Below, piece by piece: positions 10,817 to 21,168 of a stretch of 64,000 nucleotides of DNA. The notes beneath the pieces are model-generated. The model did no database searches. It was not told where the DNA came from and was given only the letters and a program-made list of their open reading frames with translations. Position numbers and translations under genes: made by a program. Every line of letters starts with the position of its first letter. The first letter of the stretch is position 1. The DNA is from Toensbergia leucococca (taxonomy: Eukaryota): the NCBI GenBank assembly GCA_022813965.1, contig JALDZS010000008.1, positions 62,001-126,000 on the forward strand. Reading direction: 5' to 3'.

Positions 10817-12046
10817 TCAAATCCCAATCTCACTCCTAGGCACCGGCAAATAAACACGATTATGTCTCCCCTCATTCGACCCCGTAACGCCAGTAACCCA
10901 ACAAACATAGCAAAAGCAAGCGCGACAGCAAGGGCACGTCGGTCGCTCCCTGATCCGCTCTTGAGTCACGAACCAGCGCTCAATGCAGCCGCTGCAGAAG
11001 CGGTGTTTGCAACGCATGACCACGCTGTTCGCACTGCTGATGTCTCTGTAGCAGATGGGGCAGTTGAGATCTTCTGCGCTTGTGTCTGATGGCGGATTAT
11101 CATCGCGGTGAGTTTCGGTGGATGGTGCGGGTGTGTTGGTGAGTGTTGGGGTGGGAGTAATTGTGGGACGAGTGACCTGTCCAGGCGTTAGCTGAATTGG
11201 AGGTGTGACGACACGGGGAGATGAGCTTGACTGGGGCTGCGATTCCTGGGCCGTGTTGGCTGGTGTACTTGTCGTTCCACGATGCAAAGGCAGTCTATTG
11301 TCGAGAGCTGACTGAGACTGCGCCCTGAACGTAGCTAGCCGCTGCCTCGCATTTCCAGATGTCCGAATCATAGCGGTACGTATCTGCGCTGTGATTTCAT
11401 CAGTTATATCATGACCTGCCCTAAGTCCAGCTACGCTTTCTATAGCCTTGTAACTTATCTGACATATAGCTATCAAGGTTCTCCGCCGTATCGTGTCAAA
11501 AGTTGTCAGGGCCTCAGAAGTAGCTGGCTGCTCCATTGTCCTAATACCCGCCGTGATCATGTGAGCAGCTGTCTGCTCCATGGCATTTATAGCGATCCTG
11601 GCCATGGCAGCAGCTGTTCGCTGCTTGACCTGATCCTCTGTGATCCTAGAAGAAGTTGTCAGGTCTGTTGTCTCAATCTCGACGTCCGTTGCCTCAATCT
11701 CGACTCGTGGTCTTTCCACTTGTGAGCTCAGACGTACCACTGCGATAAGCCATCGAATTATCTGTGATGAAACTTCGGAGTGATGCCTTGGGCACAAAAG
11801 GAGCAAAGCAAGCTCTTCAAAATCATCAGACGAAGAGAATGACATAATATCCATGACATCAACACTGCTGAACCTTTCCAGTATTTCAAACGCTCGTACT
11901 CGATTCGCAGTTGTGATGTGGTTATGACATATTTCCCGTGTGGGGAGTCCCCCCCTATGAAAGATGCAGGTATATGGATGTCCTGGAGTGTATTCTTCGA
12001 TCTCAAGAGTTTGGACGGCGTTCCATTGTTGAATGGGTGTTGACAT
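10817..12046 (-). CDS. C3HC4 RING-finger protein (putative E3 ubiquitin ligase)
   Basis: CPICYRDI...RCKHRFCSGCIERW...CPCCR near the C-terminus. First ATG at 12046 (MSTPIQQW). N-terminal Cys/His motif (C..C..LLCPRHH). Confidence 0.85.
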   Translation of the reverse strand: MSTPIQQWNAVQTLEIEEYTPGHPYTCIFHRGGLPTREICHNHITTANRVRAFEILERFSSVDVMDIMSFSSSDDFEELALLLLCPRHHSEVSSQIIRWLIAVVRLSSQVERPRVEIEATDVEIETTDLTTSSRITEDQVKQRTAAAMARIAINAMEQTAAHMITAGIRTMEQPATSEALTTFDTIRRRTLIAICQISYKAIESVAGLRAGHDITDEITAQIRTAMIRTSGNARQRLATFRAQSQSALDNRLPLHRGTTSTPANTAQESQPQSSSSPRVVTPPIQLTPGQVTRPTITPTPTLTNTPAPSTETHRDDNPPSDTSAEDLNCPICYRDISSANSVVMRCKHRFCSGCIERWFVTQERIRERPTCPCCRACFCYVCWVTGVTGSNEGRHNRVYLPVPRSEIGI

Positions 12047-13130
12047 GATGATTGATGCGAGTGAGTATTGTAAGATCTGAGGAATGCAAGGAATGAAGTA
12101 GATGGTGGTACGCAGCTTAAATACCTCCAAGAGCCGCGGAAGAGCGTAGCAAAGCAGAGAACAAGAACAAGACGAGACATTGATTGACACTTCAAGACTG
12201 ATTGTTACATGTTATGAAGCGTTAGAGCAAATTATAGGTGTTCTTTGTTGAATAGAGACAATGAGCATTGTTAACGTAAATCGGATTGTGGTGTCTAATA
12301 AAGTGTCAAAGGAGGAGATCATTAGATCAATGTTTGTCGTCAGATAAAGGCAAAGAGCATGAACAATGCAAGCTAATCCTTCAGCCGGGCAGCGCCACAT
12401 AATTCGACCAAAGAAAGTGTTTTCAGATCATACGTACCTAGGCCTACCTTTGATTTTGAGTCATCTAGAAAAGTATGCTGGGCTGGGAGCGACGACAATG
12501 AAGCAAAACTGGCAGAACGAGTGGGATTCTCGCAATGCTGCTACTGTCCAGTTGCAAACAATCACGACTAGGGCGACGAGGCTGTTGAGGTACGATTTTT
12601 GAGAGAGGTACGACGGAATACATGGGTTGGCTCGGTTGGCTATCTTTTTGTTGAATGTGGAATTGCCCTGTTCAGATGGTTCTTCTATGCAGACAGCTTG
12701 AAAAAGAGCGGGCGAGATTCATGAAGAATCGCATGTTGTCAAAGTGGTGTGCTCTTATGATCTGTTAGAGTCCTCAAATAGACTGTGTGAGAAGACTGTG
12801 TGAGAAGACGACGGTCTTGATCTATGTGGCAAATAGCGTCAAGTTTTAGTGATATCAAGGACTTTTGACTTTTTTCACAGTACCCACCCAGATTAGGTCG
12901 TCATGACTTAGAGAGGGCCCACGGAGTATGATGAGTGGTGTTTAAGACATGCTTTTCTATTCCGCTGTCTGGTCCTTTACCCTTTTGAGGATCTATCTCG
13001 CTCGGCCACAATTTTGCCCCACGGAAAGCAAGCAATTGCCATTGAAATAAAGCACGCTAAGCCTCTGCAACCTTGATAATCTTGAAGATTCAAACCTCTC
13101 CTGTTCGGACTTGAGAATCATCGTCATACT

Positions 13131-13625
13131 TCACATCCAACGCCAAATCTGGCCTTCGTAGCCTTTGGTGGAATTACGGATCCTCTCCTGTTCGTCCCAG
13201 TACCGCTCGATATTCGGCAAAGTAGCCAACACGTAGTTCACCTTTTCGGGGGAACTGAGACGATCGACAATGTTATGAAATACCTCAGTGGGTATGCCTT
13301 TGAGACCCGGTACATGGCCGGTGCGCGCTATACCCGGGCTCCAACGAGGCAGGTTCGACATTAAAAGATCTTCTATATCTTGCGCTAGTTTCATAGGAAT
13401 AATTCCATGATGCCGAAGAATGTGACGCAGCCCGGTTATTACCGTTGGCAGGTCATGGAAGTGCACAAGGTCTAAGATGCTGATGATGAGCTCAGTTGGT
13501 AATTTGTAGAGTGGAAGGCGGTACAACGCCTTCAGTTGCAGAACGCGCTCTCTCTGAATCATCGATTCCCAAATGTCTTCGGCTCTAGGCTTCCTTCCCA
13601 CCTTTTTGGATAATTGTTGAGCCAT
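13131..13625 (-). CDS. Small protein with two F-box-like motifs; overlaps the 3' end of PGA1
   Basis: 164-aa ORF with LYKLPTELIISILDLV and LKGIPTEVFHNIVDRL. Confidence 0.6.
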   Translation of the reverse strand: MAQQLSKKVGRKPRAEDIWESMIQRERVLQLKALYRLPLYKLPTELIISILDLVHFHDLPTVITGLRHILRHHGIIPMKLAQDIEDLLMSNLPRWSPGIARTGHVPGLKGIPTEVFHNIVDRLSSPEKVNYVLATLPNIERYWDEQERIRNSTKGYEGQIWRWM

Positions 13626-14526
13626 GGATAGAGGAAAGCCACTGCCAGATGAGACTCGAAAGATACCAAGCTGTGATTGCTACGGATGTGAGATACGCAG
13701 CGGTCGGCAGAAGCGATCGAGGAAGAATATTCAACAGATATGGATCGAGAACTGTATCAACCCGTTAGCGCATTTACTTAGTACTTAATTTGTGCTGAAA
13801 TGTAATAAGTATGAGAGTGGTAGACTTTTGTCAATATTGAGGCCCCTTATGATATAGGACTTGGAAAGAAAGGAAGTAGGAAAGTGTTGCTTACTGATGT
13901 CGGCATGTACCGGGGGTACGTCTTGCATCAGCTTTTTATTGGTAGTAAAATAGTCTGCGGCTGCAGAGACTTGCAGGAACAGGATTGAAGACTTTGCAGG
14001 CTCGGAGACAGGGTTGCGTCTAATGGGCTTGTAGACGCTGGATTCTATATCCTGCTGGATGGCTGAATCTAATAGTCTTGACTCTGAGTACAGTGCGAGT
14101 GATGTGATCAGAGCTGAGCTGTTGAAAACTTCTGATATCGTATACGTATGAAGGGAGAATATGGTGGATTGCTACTCTTCAAGATTAGCTGATATACTCA
14201 TGGTTGATACTTCGGCTCTGTTTCATGTGACTTACCGTAGCACTCCAGCAGATTCTGACCTCGTATCTTTGCTCCTGCCTCAATCCATCAAGTAGAAACC
14301 ATGCTTCGGTTCCCACTGCACTGGTTGAAGTTGGAAAGCTTGCGGGAATGCGTAATCGTAAAGAGGAGTGTGAATGATTCAACACGTCTACGTGCAGGTC
14401 GTCAAGGTTGGGCTTCTCTGTCGGAACACGGATTGCTTTGGGAGCGAGAAACACCGTCTTCTCTACATTTGCGTAGACAAGGGCCAGGCAAGACAGGAGG
14501 AGTAGACAAGATCTGATAGCCCTCAT
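13585..14526 (-). CDS. PGA1: GPI-mannosyltransferase II co-activator (Pga1 family), 3 exons
   Basis: Signal peptide followed by ANVEKTVFLAP, YEVRICWSATQ, AAADYF, ILDPYLLNILPRSLLPT and a C-terminal TM helix. Introns at 14172-14235 and 13752-13894. Stop TAG at 13587-13585. Confidence 0.85.
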
Positions 14527-14806
14527 CACCAAGTTTCCGTGACATTCTGGGTGGCAACTTCTTCATTTGATAGCGTCAGGTCAAACTTACGAATCTTACG
14601 GTGGAAGTCCAGCACGCCTCCTTTATCGCTTGACACTAGCGTGATTGCAGGGGACAACAACAACACCACACAAACTTCTCCTTGTCCCTCACTATCTACC
14701 CGTACACACTCACAAACAACCAACACTCCCACAGCTTGCCTTTCTCTATACCCTTAGACAAGTTTTACAGGGCATCAGCCAGGTTTCCCTAGAACAGGAC
14801 TTCACA

Positions 14807-16567
14807 ATGAGAGAAGTTATCAGCTTGAATGGTATGTCCTACGCGCTTTGCTGAGGGATGACCCCGCCATGGTAAACAACATACTGACTAAACCACGCGT
14901 CTAGTCGGTCAGGCTGGATGTCAAATTGCAAACTCTTGCTGGGAGGTGAGCATCATGTTATCTCCGAAATTGTCTTTGCATTTGAATGGAACTCTGGGTT
15001 GAAGGGCTTGGCTGAATCACAATGACATAGCTCTACTGCTTGGAACATGGCATTCAGGTATGTACACTGCCCAAGACAGTATCAAATGATACTGTTGTTA
15101 CCCGAGAACGCCTTACTGACGCGATTTCTTTGTCTAGCCCGATGGTTACCTGACCGAGGAGCGCAAAGCTGCCGACCCTGACCAAGGCTTCAGTACCTTT
15201 TTCTCCGAGACTGGTGAATAAAACGCTATTCTGTGTGATTTCAGAATAAGACAAGCTAATCATTCTCACTCTAGGCCAGGGCAAGCATGTGCCCCGAGCC
15301 ATATACTGCGATCTTGAACCCAATGTCATCGACGAAGTTCGCACTGGGACATATCGAAGTCTTTTCCATCCAGAGCAAATGATTTCTGGAAAGGAAGATG
15401 CTTCCAACAACTACGCTCGTGGGCATTACACGGTCGGAAAGGAGCTTATCGATCGAGTCCTCGACCAGGTTCGACGTGTTGCAGACAACTGTTCCGGCTT
15501 ACAGGGATTCTTGGTCTTTCATTCATTTGGTGGAGGAACTGGATCCGGGTTTGGAGCACTCCTCATGGAGCGTCTCTCCGTGGATTATGGAAAGAAGTGC
15601 AAGCTTGAATTCTGCGTTTACCCTGCTCCTCAAGTCGCCACATCCGTGGTCGAGCCTTACAACTCAATCCTGACTACCCACACAACCCTCGAGCACTCCG
15701 ACTGTAGCTTCATGGTTGACAACGAGGCTATTTATGATATCTGCCGTAGAAACCTTAATATCGAGAGACCAGATTACGAGAACTTGAACCGTCTAATTGC
15801 GCAAGGTATTTTCCTGTCGTCTTTGCAGTACATCAAATCTTGGACTGACCTCATACCTTCAAGTTGTGTCTTCTATTACCGCTTCTCTTCGCTTTGATGG
15901 CTCTCTCAATGTCGATCTCAACGAATTTCAGACAAACTTGGTCCCCTACCCTCGTATCCATTTCCCCCTAGTCGCGTATTCTCCGGTTGTATCGGCTGCC
16001 AAATCAGCGTATGACGCCTCCTCCGTTCAAGAAATCACCTCGTCTTGCTTCGAACCGAACAATCAGATGGTGAAATGTGACCCTCGCAACGGGAAATACA
16101 TGGCTACTTGCTTGCTATATCGTGGAGACGTCGTGCCACAGGAAGCTCATGGTGCCGTGGCATCGTTGAAGACCAAGCGCACGATCCAATTCGTTGATTG
16201 GTGCCCGACTGGCTTCAAGATTGGCATCTGCTACCAACCACCACAGATGGTACCGAATGGTGATTTGGCAAAGGTCAACCGTGCTGTGTAAGTGTTATCT
16301 CTATTGGTACCCTTAGCCGACATGCTAACGAACAGCAGCTGCGTGTTGTCCAACACTACCGCAATCGCTGAAGCTTGGTCTGCACTCTCACATAAATTCG
16401 ACCTCATGTACTCTAAGCGTGCCTTTGTTCATTGGTATGTTGGTGAGGGCATGGAAGAAGGTGAGTTCTCCGAGGCGAGAGAGGACCTGGCTGCTCTCGA
16501 GAGAGATTATGAAGAGGTGGCTACCGATTCTGTTGAGGGTGAAGAGGGTGGTGAGGCAGAGTACTAG
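14807..16567 (+). CDS. TUBA: Alpha-tubulin, 7 exons
   Basis: MREVISLN...[46 protein letters not shown] and a C-terminal EY. Which alpha paralogue this is cannot be determined here. Confidence 0.97.
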
Positions 16568-17288
16568 GCAGGTGACCGTACAAATGGTTTGTTGGCCCGC
16601 CTCTCCCTTCTCTGGGACAGCCTGTGAGCCCTTTGGCAGTAGGGGCGTCCGGCAGGTTCCCATTTTTGTCAGCTGCAATTTAGCCCCTCACATCAGATTG
16701 TTTTGTAAGGTCTAAGCTTTGTGTGTTTCCACGTTTCACTCCCAGCGGTTTTAGATCCCCTGGCATGTGAATGTCTGAAGAGACGGATGGACGATGCAAT
16801 GAAGCGTGGGTTCTTACGTGCATGGGAAAGTGTGATGCAATCAATGGACTTCTACGATATCTGTGCATTGAATGTCCTGTTGCTTGAAACCTCTATGAGG
16901 TAGAAACAGATTTGAATACCTTGTCAGAATCATAATGCCCAGGGGATTGAATCCACCTTCTGTTTCAACTTCATGCTAGGAATTGTCTTTTTCTTCGAAC
17001 CTATCTACTTTGCTCTCCCGAATTGACTTTCTAAGCCTCAAAGCTTCGATTAGTACTGGATTCACAACTTCACAGGCATTGGTACTTGTTGACATCACAG
17101 GCATTGTTTCTCATTGCCTTTATAAGCATTGTTTACTGCTACTCTTCTGTCTCTTCAACTTACAATCTCTCTCAACAGCGTCGGCTCCCAACATCGCACA
17201 CTACACTGACACGTTGCTTTACTTCCTCTACTTGACTTACTCTGTTGATCTAATTTTCTGTTAATTGAAATCAATACCTTCAGACAAG

Positions 17289-18266
17289 ATGCATCACCCA
17301 GCCGCTAGAATTCTCCACAAATGGAGGAGGCTACGCAAGAAAAAATCAGCGACTAGTGTGACGAACATTCTCGATCTACCACGCGAGCTCCGCGATATGA
17401 TATCCGCCCATCTCCCTCTTCACTCGAAAATTTCTCTCCGACTATCCTGCCGCAGCCTCTGTTTCAGCGGTCCATTGCTACCGATCCTGTTCTACCAAAT
17501 CCGAAAGAGTCCCGATTTGAGGTATGAGTTGCACTTGATGCTCGAACGGGATTCCATCGGCAGACGAGGCTGGTCTAGGGAACAGCTGTCTTGCAGCCGT
17601 TGCCGATCGGTTCATGACCAGCGGTCCTTTGATTCCTGGGATTATCAAATGAATCCAAATGAGCGCTGTTGTGTTGGCTCTCAAGGACACGTTTGCCACA
17701 TGCCCGGCAGCTCCATGGATTTTTTCGCGTTCCAGAAATTGCTGCGGTCCTTTGAATTTTCCCCAGTCAGAGCCAGGGCTGATTGGTACTACGAACGGCA
17801 AATTTCCGCGAAGACTCTCAGATACCTGTATGCGCCCTCTCGGCCTTCCTCAACCGTCTATTCTTGCGGAGAGCTAGAAGCTCGACTGTCTGAAACTTGG
17901 ACGAATGTGAACGGATCGTTTCAACACAGGGCTTGCTACTGGTTCTTACTGAGCTCCATCTCCGACATACGGGCATCGTCGGCAAACGTGCTGAAATTCG
18001 GGATCAATCTCCAGCGCGTGTCCTGTTATGCCTTGTGTCCTCACCAGAATCTCGGCGCGGTGCTGCAGGCGGCGTTTGGAAGTCGGCTGCAATACGAGCT
18101 TTATCAGGCACCGAGAGAGATATATGCATGCCGGAAATGCCTCACCAGCGTGGTTGTGGATAAGGATAAGATTGCAGAATCGTTTTTTCGGGTGTTCGTG
18201 GTAAGGGATTTTGGGTCGGTGAAGTCGGCGACGGATCCGATGTGGTTGGGACAGATGGAGTTGTGA
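17289..18266 (+). CDS. F-box domain protein
   Basis: ILDLPRELRDMISAHLPLHSKISLRLSCRSL, followed by CSRC...H, LCPH and CRKC motifs. Intronless, ATG at 17289. Confidence 0.8.
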   Translation: MHHPAARILHKWRRLRKKKSATSVTNILDLPRELRDMISAHLPLHSKISLRLSCRSLCFSGPLLPILFYQIRKSPDLRYELHLMLERDSIGRRGWSREQLSCSRCRSVHDQRSFDSWDYQMNPNERCCVGSQGHVCHMPGSSMDFFAFQKLLRSFEFSPVRARADWYYERQISAKTLRYLYAPSRPSSTVYSCGELEARLSETWTNVNGSFQHRACYWFLLSSISDIRASSANVLKFGINLQRVSCYALCPHQNLGAVLQAAFGSRLQYELYQAPREIYACRKCLTSVVVDKDKIAESFFRVFVVRDFGSVKSATDPMWLGQMEL

Positions 18267-18903
18267 TCAGGTGGATTTTTTTTGAGGTGAGAGCCTGGGA
18301 TGTGGAGGCAAACGCCTCGAATCTTCCGGCGTAGTGGTCGTTTGTTTCTGGTTTGTTGCAATTCAATATGTCCGGGCGCTCGGCGTGTTGTTCAGGTTCT
18401 AGGGGCGTTGGTATATCAGGATGGGCGATGGTTGGGGCCTCTAGTGATACCCCTTTTTTTTCTAACATACGACTGCACCAGCTCAGGTGGTGGCTCTTTT
18501 CTAATCCATGTCAGAGTGAGTCGGCGGAGAATACAGGAATATTTGCGAAAAGGATTGAGAATAAGCTTAGGGATCATGTCCTTACTCACAGTTCTATAAG
18601 GTCTCAACAAAGCAAGTCTTATTCACCTCATCAAATTCTTTCTTATCCATCATTCACATGTAGAAATCAGAGATCTTTTCCCTCTCATCTAGACCCATTA
18701 CAGCCGTAGCTACCACCAACACCTGTATTCTGAAAGACTTCTTCGCCATGGTAGACGCTGAAGGCGCTGATTACCGCGCACTATTGTCACACACTCAAGG
18801 TAGTGACGGGCTATTCAGTTCTCTCAAGGGAGTCAAGCACCTATATAGGCTGACGGACACTCACGAAAAGACCAATCTTATACAAGGTTTTGAATATACC
18901 AAA

Positions 18904-19617
18904 TCTATTGTCTGGAACGGTAGAATAGAACAAGTCCATCTAGACATCGCCTTCGTCAAAGAGGATTGCGGCCCGGTCATCTTTTTCCAGCCACGCCATG
19001 TATTCCTCTGTCCTCTCTCCATTCACCCCGTGGGTGAAAACTCGGTCTTGTAGTATAGGATAGCCCTGTAGCGTGTCCTCCACGTGCTTTCGGCCAGTCT
19101 TGAGCCCTGTGTGTAAGAGTATAAGGTCATCCACGACCTTTTTTATCTTAGGATCCGCCACGTCCTTGGAGGATAGTTCAACCATTGTTTGAATCTTCAT
19201 GCTCGCTGCTACAATGATGACGTCTAGTCCTGAGAGCGCTTGAGTCATGGTTCGATATTTTGCGGCCGCTCTCATCATGCCGGAATCCATAGGTGGTAGA
19301 GCGACAGGTAGTGCCAAATCTTCATGTTTCTAATGAAACGTGGTTTCTTTATCGGTGTGGGGGAATCTGTTGGGGCTGGCATGCGTGGGCGCTTGGCGAT
19401 TTCTCGGCTGGAGCCAGGAGTGCTGGCTATTCCAGGATGGGTGCCTTTATTTGCTGGACTAGAGGTAGTTTTACCAGAGTATGTTGGAACCTTTCCAAGT
19501 ACCATGTCGTCAGTGGTAGCGGCGTCATTTATTCTGGATCGCCGCCACTGAGCCGATTCCAAAGCCTATCGCGTTTTCCATGAAATTTGAGTCTATTGTC
19601 TGGAACGGTAGAATAGA
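18904..19617. repeat. 26-bp exact direct repeat pair (18904-18929 and 19592-19617)
   Basis: TCTATTGTCTGGAACGGTAGAATAGA occurs twice, 688 bp apart. Confidence 0.9.
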
Positions 19618-19800
19618 TGATTGAAAACGTCGGTAGCTGAGTAACTGGAAAAATCGTTTCTTCGTTGTTGAAAAGGTGGACTCGGCAATGTGGTTGCTTA
19701 GCCACTTATCAGCTCCGTCGCCCTCTTCGGTCAAAGTATGTAGGCCGTCCTGCCGTTGATTGTTGAGCTGAAGTGCAGAAGGACTATGGGAGCCTCGAAT
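18940..19800 (-). pseudogene. Fragmented hypothetical coding sequence
   Basis: Three overlapping protein-like minus-strand ORFs (19525-19734, 19275-19562, 18940-19317) in changing frames. No family recognised. Confidence 0.35.
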
Positions 19801-20889
19801 TTTGCTTTTTCGTTTCCCACTCCCACTTCAGTTTTCGCTTTCTCAGCTTGGGGGTTTGATCTCCTTCCCCATGCATGAGATGTTCATTTTCTTGAATGGC
19901 GACCTATCACACTTCGGATAGACTCATCGTTCTCCTCCTTGTTGATTTCTTACTCTGAATAGATCTATCGTTCTTAGCTGTTCTGGTCAGAAATCCACCT
20001 TATCAAGATCTTGTTGCTCAGCGCCTACATTGACTTTTTTTTGGAGCTGGTTTGAGTGCTATCAATGTGGCTTCTGATAATTGATTTGGAGTGAAACATT
20101 GGTGTTTGAATCACAGCTGATGAGGATCTTTTTTTTTGTTGTTTGAGAATCCTTCCACCCCTTTTTTCAGGGGATGTTTTAGGCTTCGTTGCGTGTGCTT
20201 GTGTTGAGTCTGTAGTAGAAAACACTATCTTCATCCTCTCAACAAATCTGTTTTTTAAAGCTTTTACATTTTTCAAGACATGAAAGCGGTCAGTGATTTG
20301 ACCATAGGTATTCACATTCACACTAAGGTCATGAACATCATACAGTACTCAGAGTCACTGAAATGAAGCGGGAAAAGGGAACGGTTGCCAGCGGATTAAA
20401 TGATCAAGGTGTCAAAGTTTTCTGTCAATTTCTCTTTCAGCGGCTCATCCCAAATTTCTCTCAAATATTTTTATGAACTGAGTGAGCTTGCCTCAGATAT
20501 AGTTAGTGTAGGATTATGTGAGAGTCTCACAAATATCACTTATTGACCCGCGTTGTAAAGACGCGCCCCCTCCCCCTCCTTCTGTGGCGCTTAGCCCTCG
20601 TCCTTCACCCCCTTCATCGCTCGTCGCGCCACCTTCTCTTTCTCTTTCTCAGCCTTGTTGCCTTCTCTTCTTCATTTGTTCCTGTCTTTTCTCTTCTCCT
20701 TAGCCTGCTGCTTCTCGTCCTCTTCTAACAAGTCACACGCGCTGGCGCTGTGTCAAGAGTTAGAGGGGACCCTTTCGCTTTCTTCGCTTCGTTCTGATGT
20801 TTAGAACTCTGTAGTAATTGCTGTAGTGATTATTTGACAAGCAAAGCACACCTTTCTCAATGTAAAAATCATGACTTTCTTGAAGTGAG

Positions 20890-21168
20890 TCATGGCCATC
20901 GTGTTCTTTGCTGTGATGATTGTCGACATGTTGGCGCCTCCGCGGCCTCGGTCCTTACCTTTCGAACGGCCTCCCGGAAAGCGGCTGACAGTTCAGCGGC
21001 GGTAGGTCGCTTCCTTGAGACTGGAAGGCCGAGTATCTCAAAAATGTTATAATCGGGGATTGTACCCCGCGCGTATCCTGTACGCTCCTCTCGGTTTCTG
21101 TCAGCTCGAGCCAACCGGTCCCGTTCCATTTCTTGGGCTTGCCAGTCGTCTTCTGTGTTTAAGGGCAT
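20890..21168 (-). pseudogene. N-terminal J-domain-like fragment (helices I-II, no HPD visible)
   Basis: DYNIFEILGL...PTAAELSAAFREAVRK resembles DnaJ DYYEILG...EIKKAYRK. It is followed by a GTAAGG donor, and no intact downstream exon was found. Confidence 0.45.
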
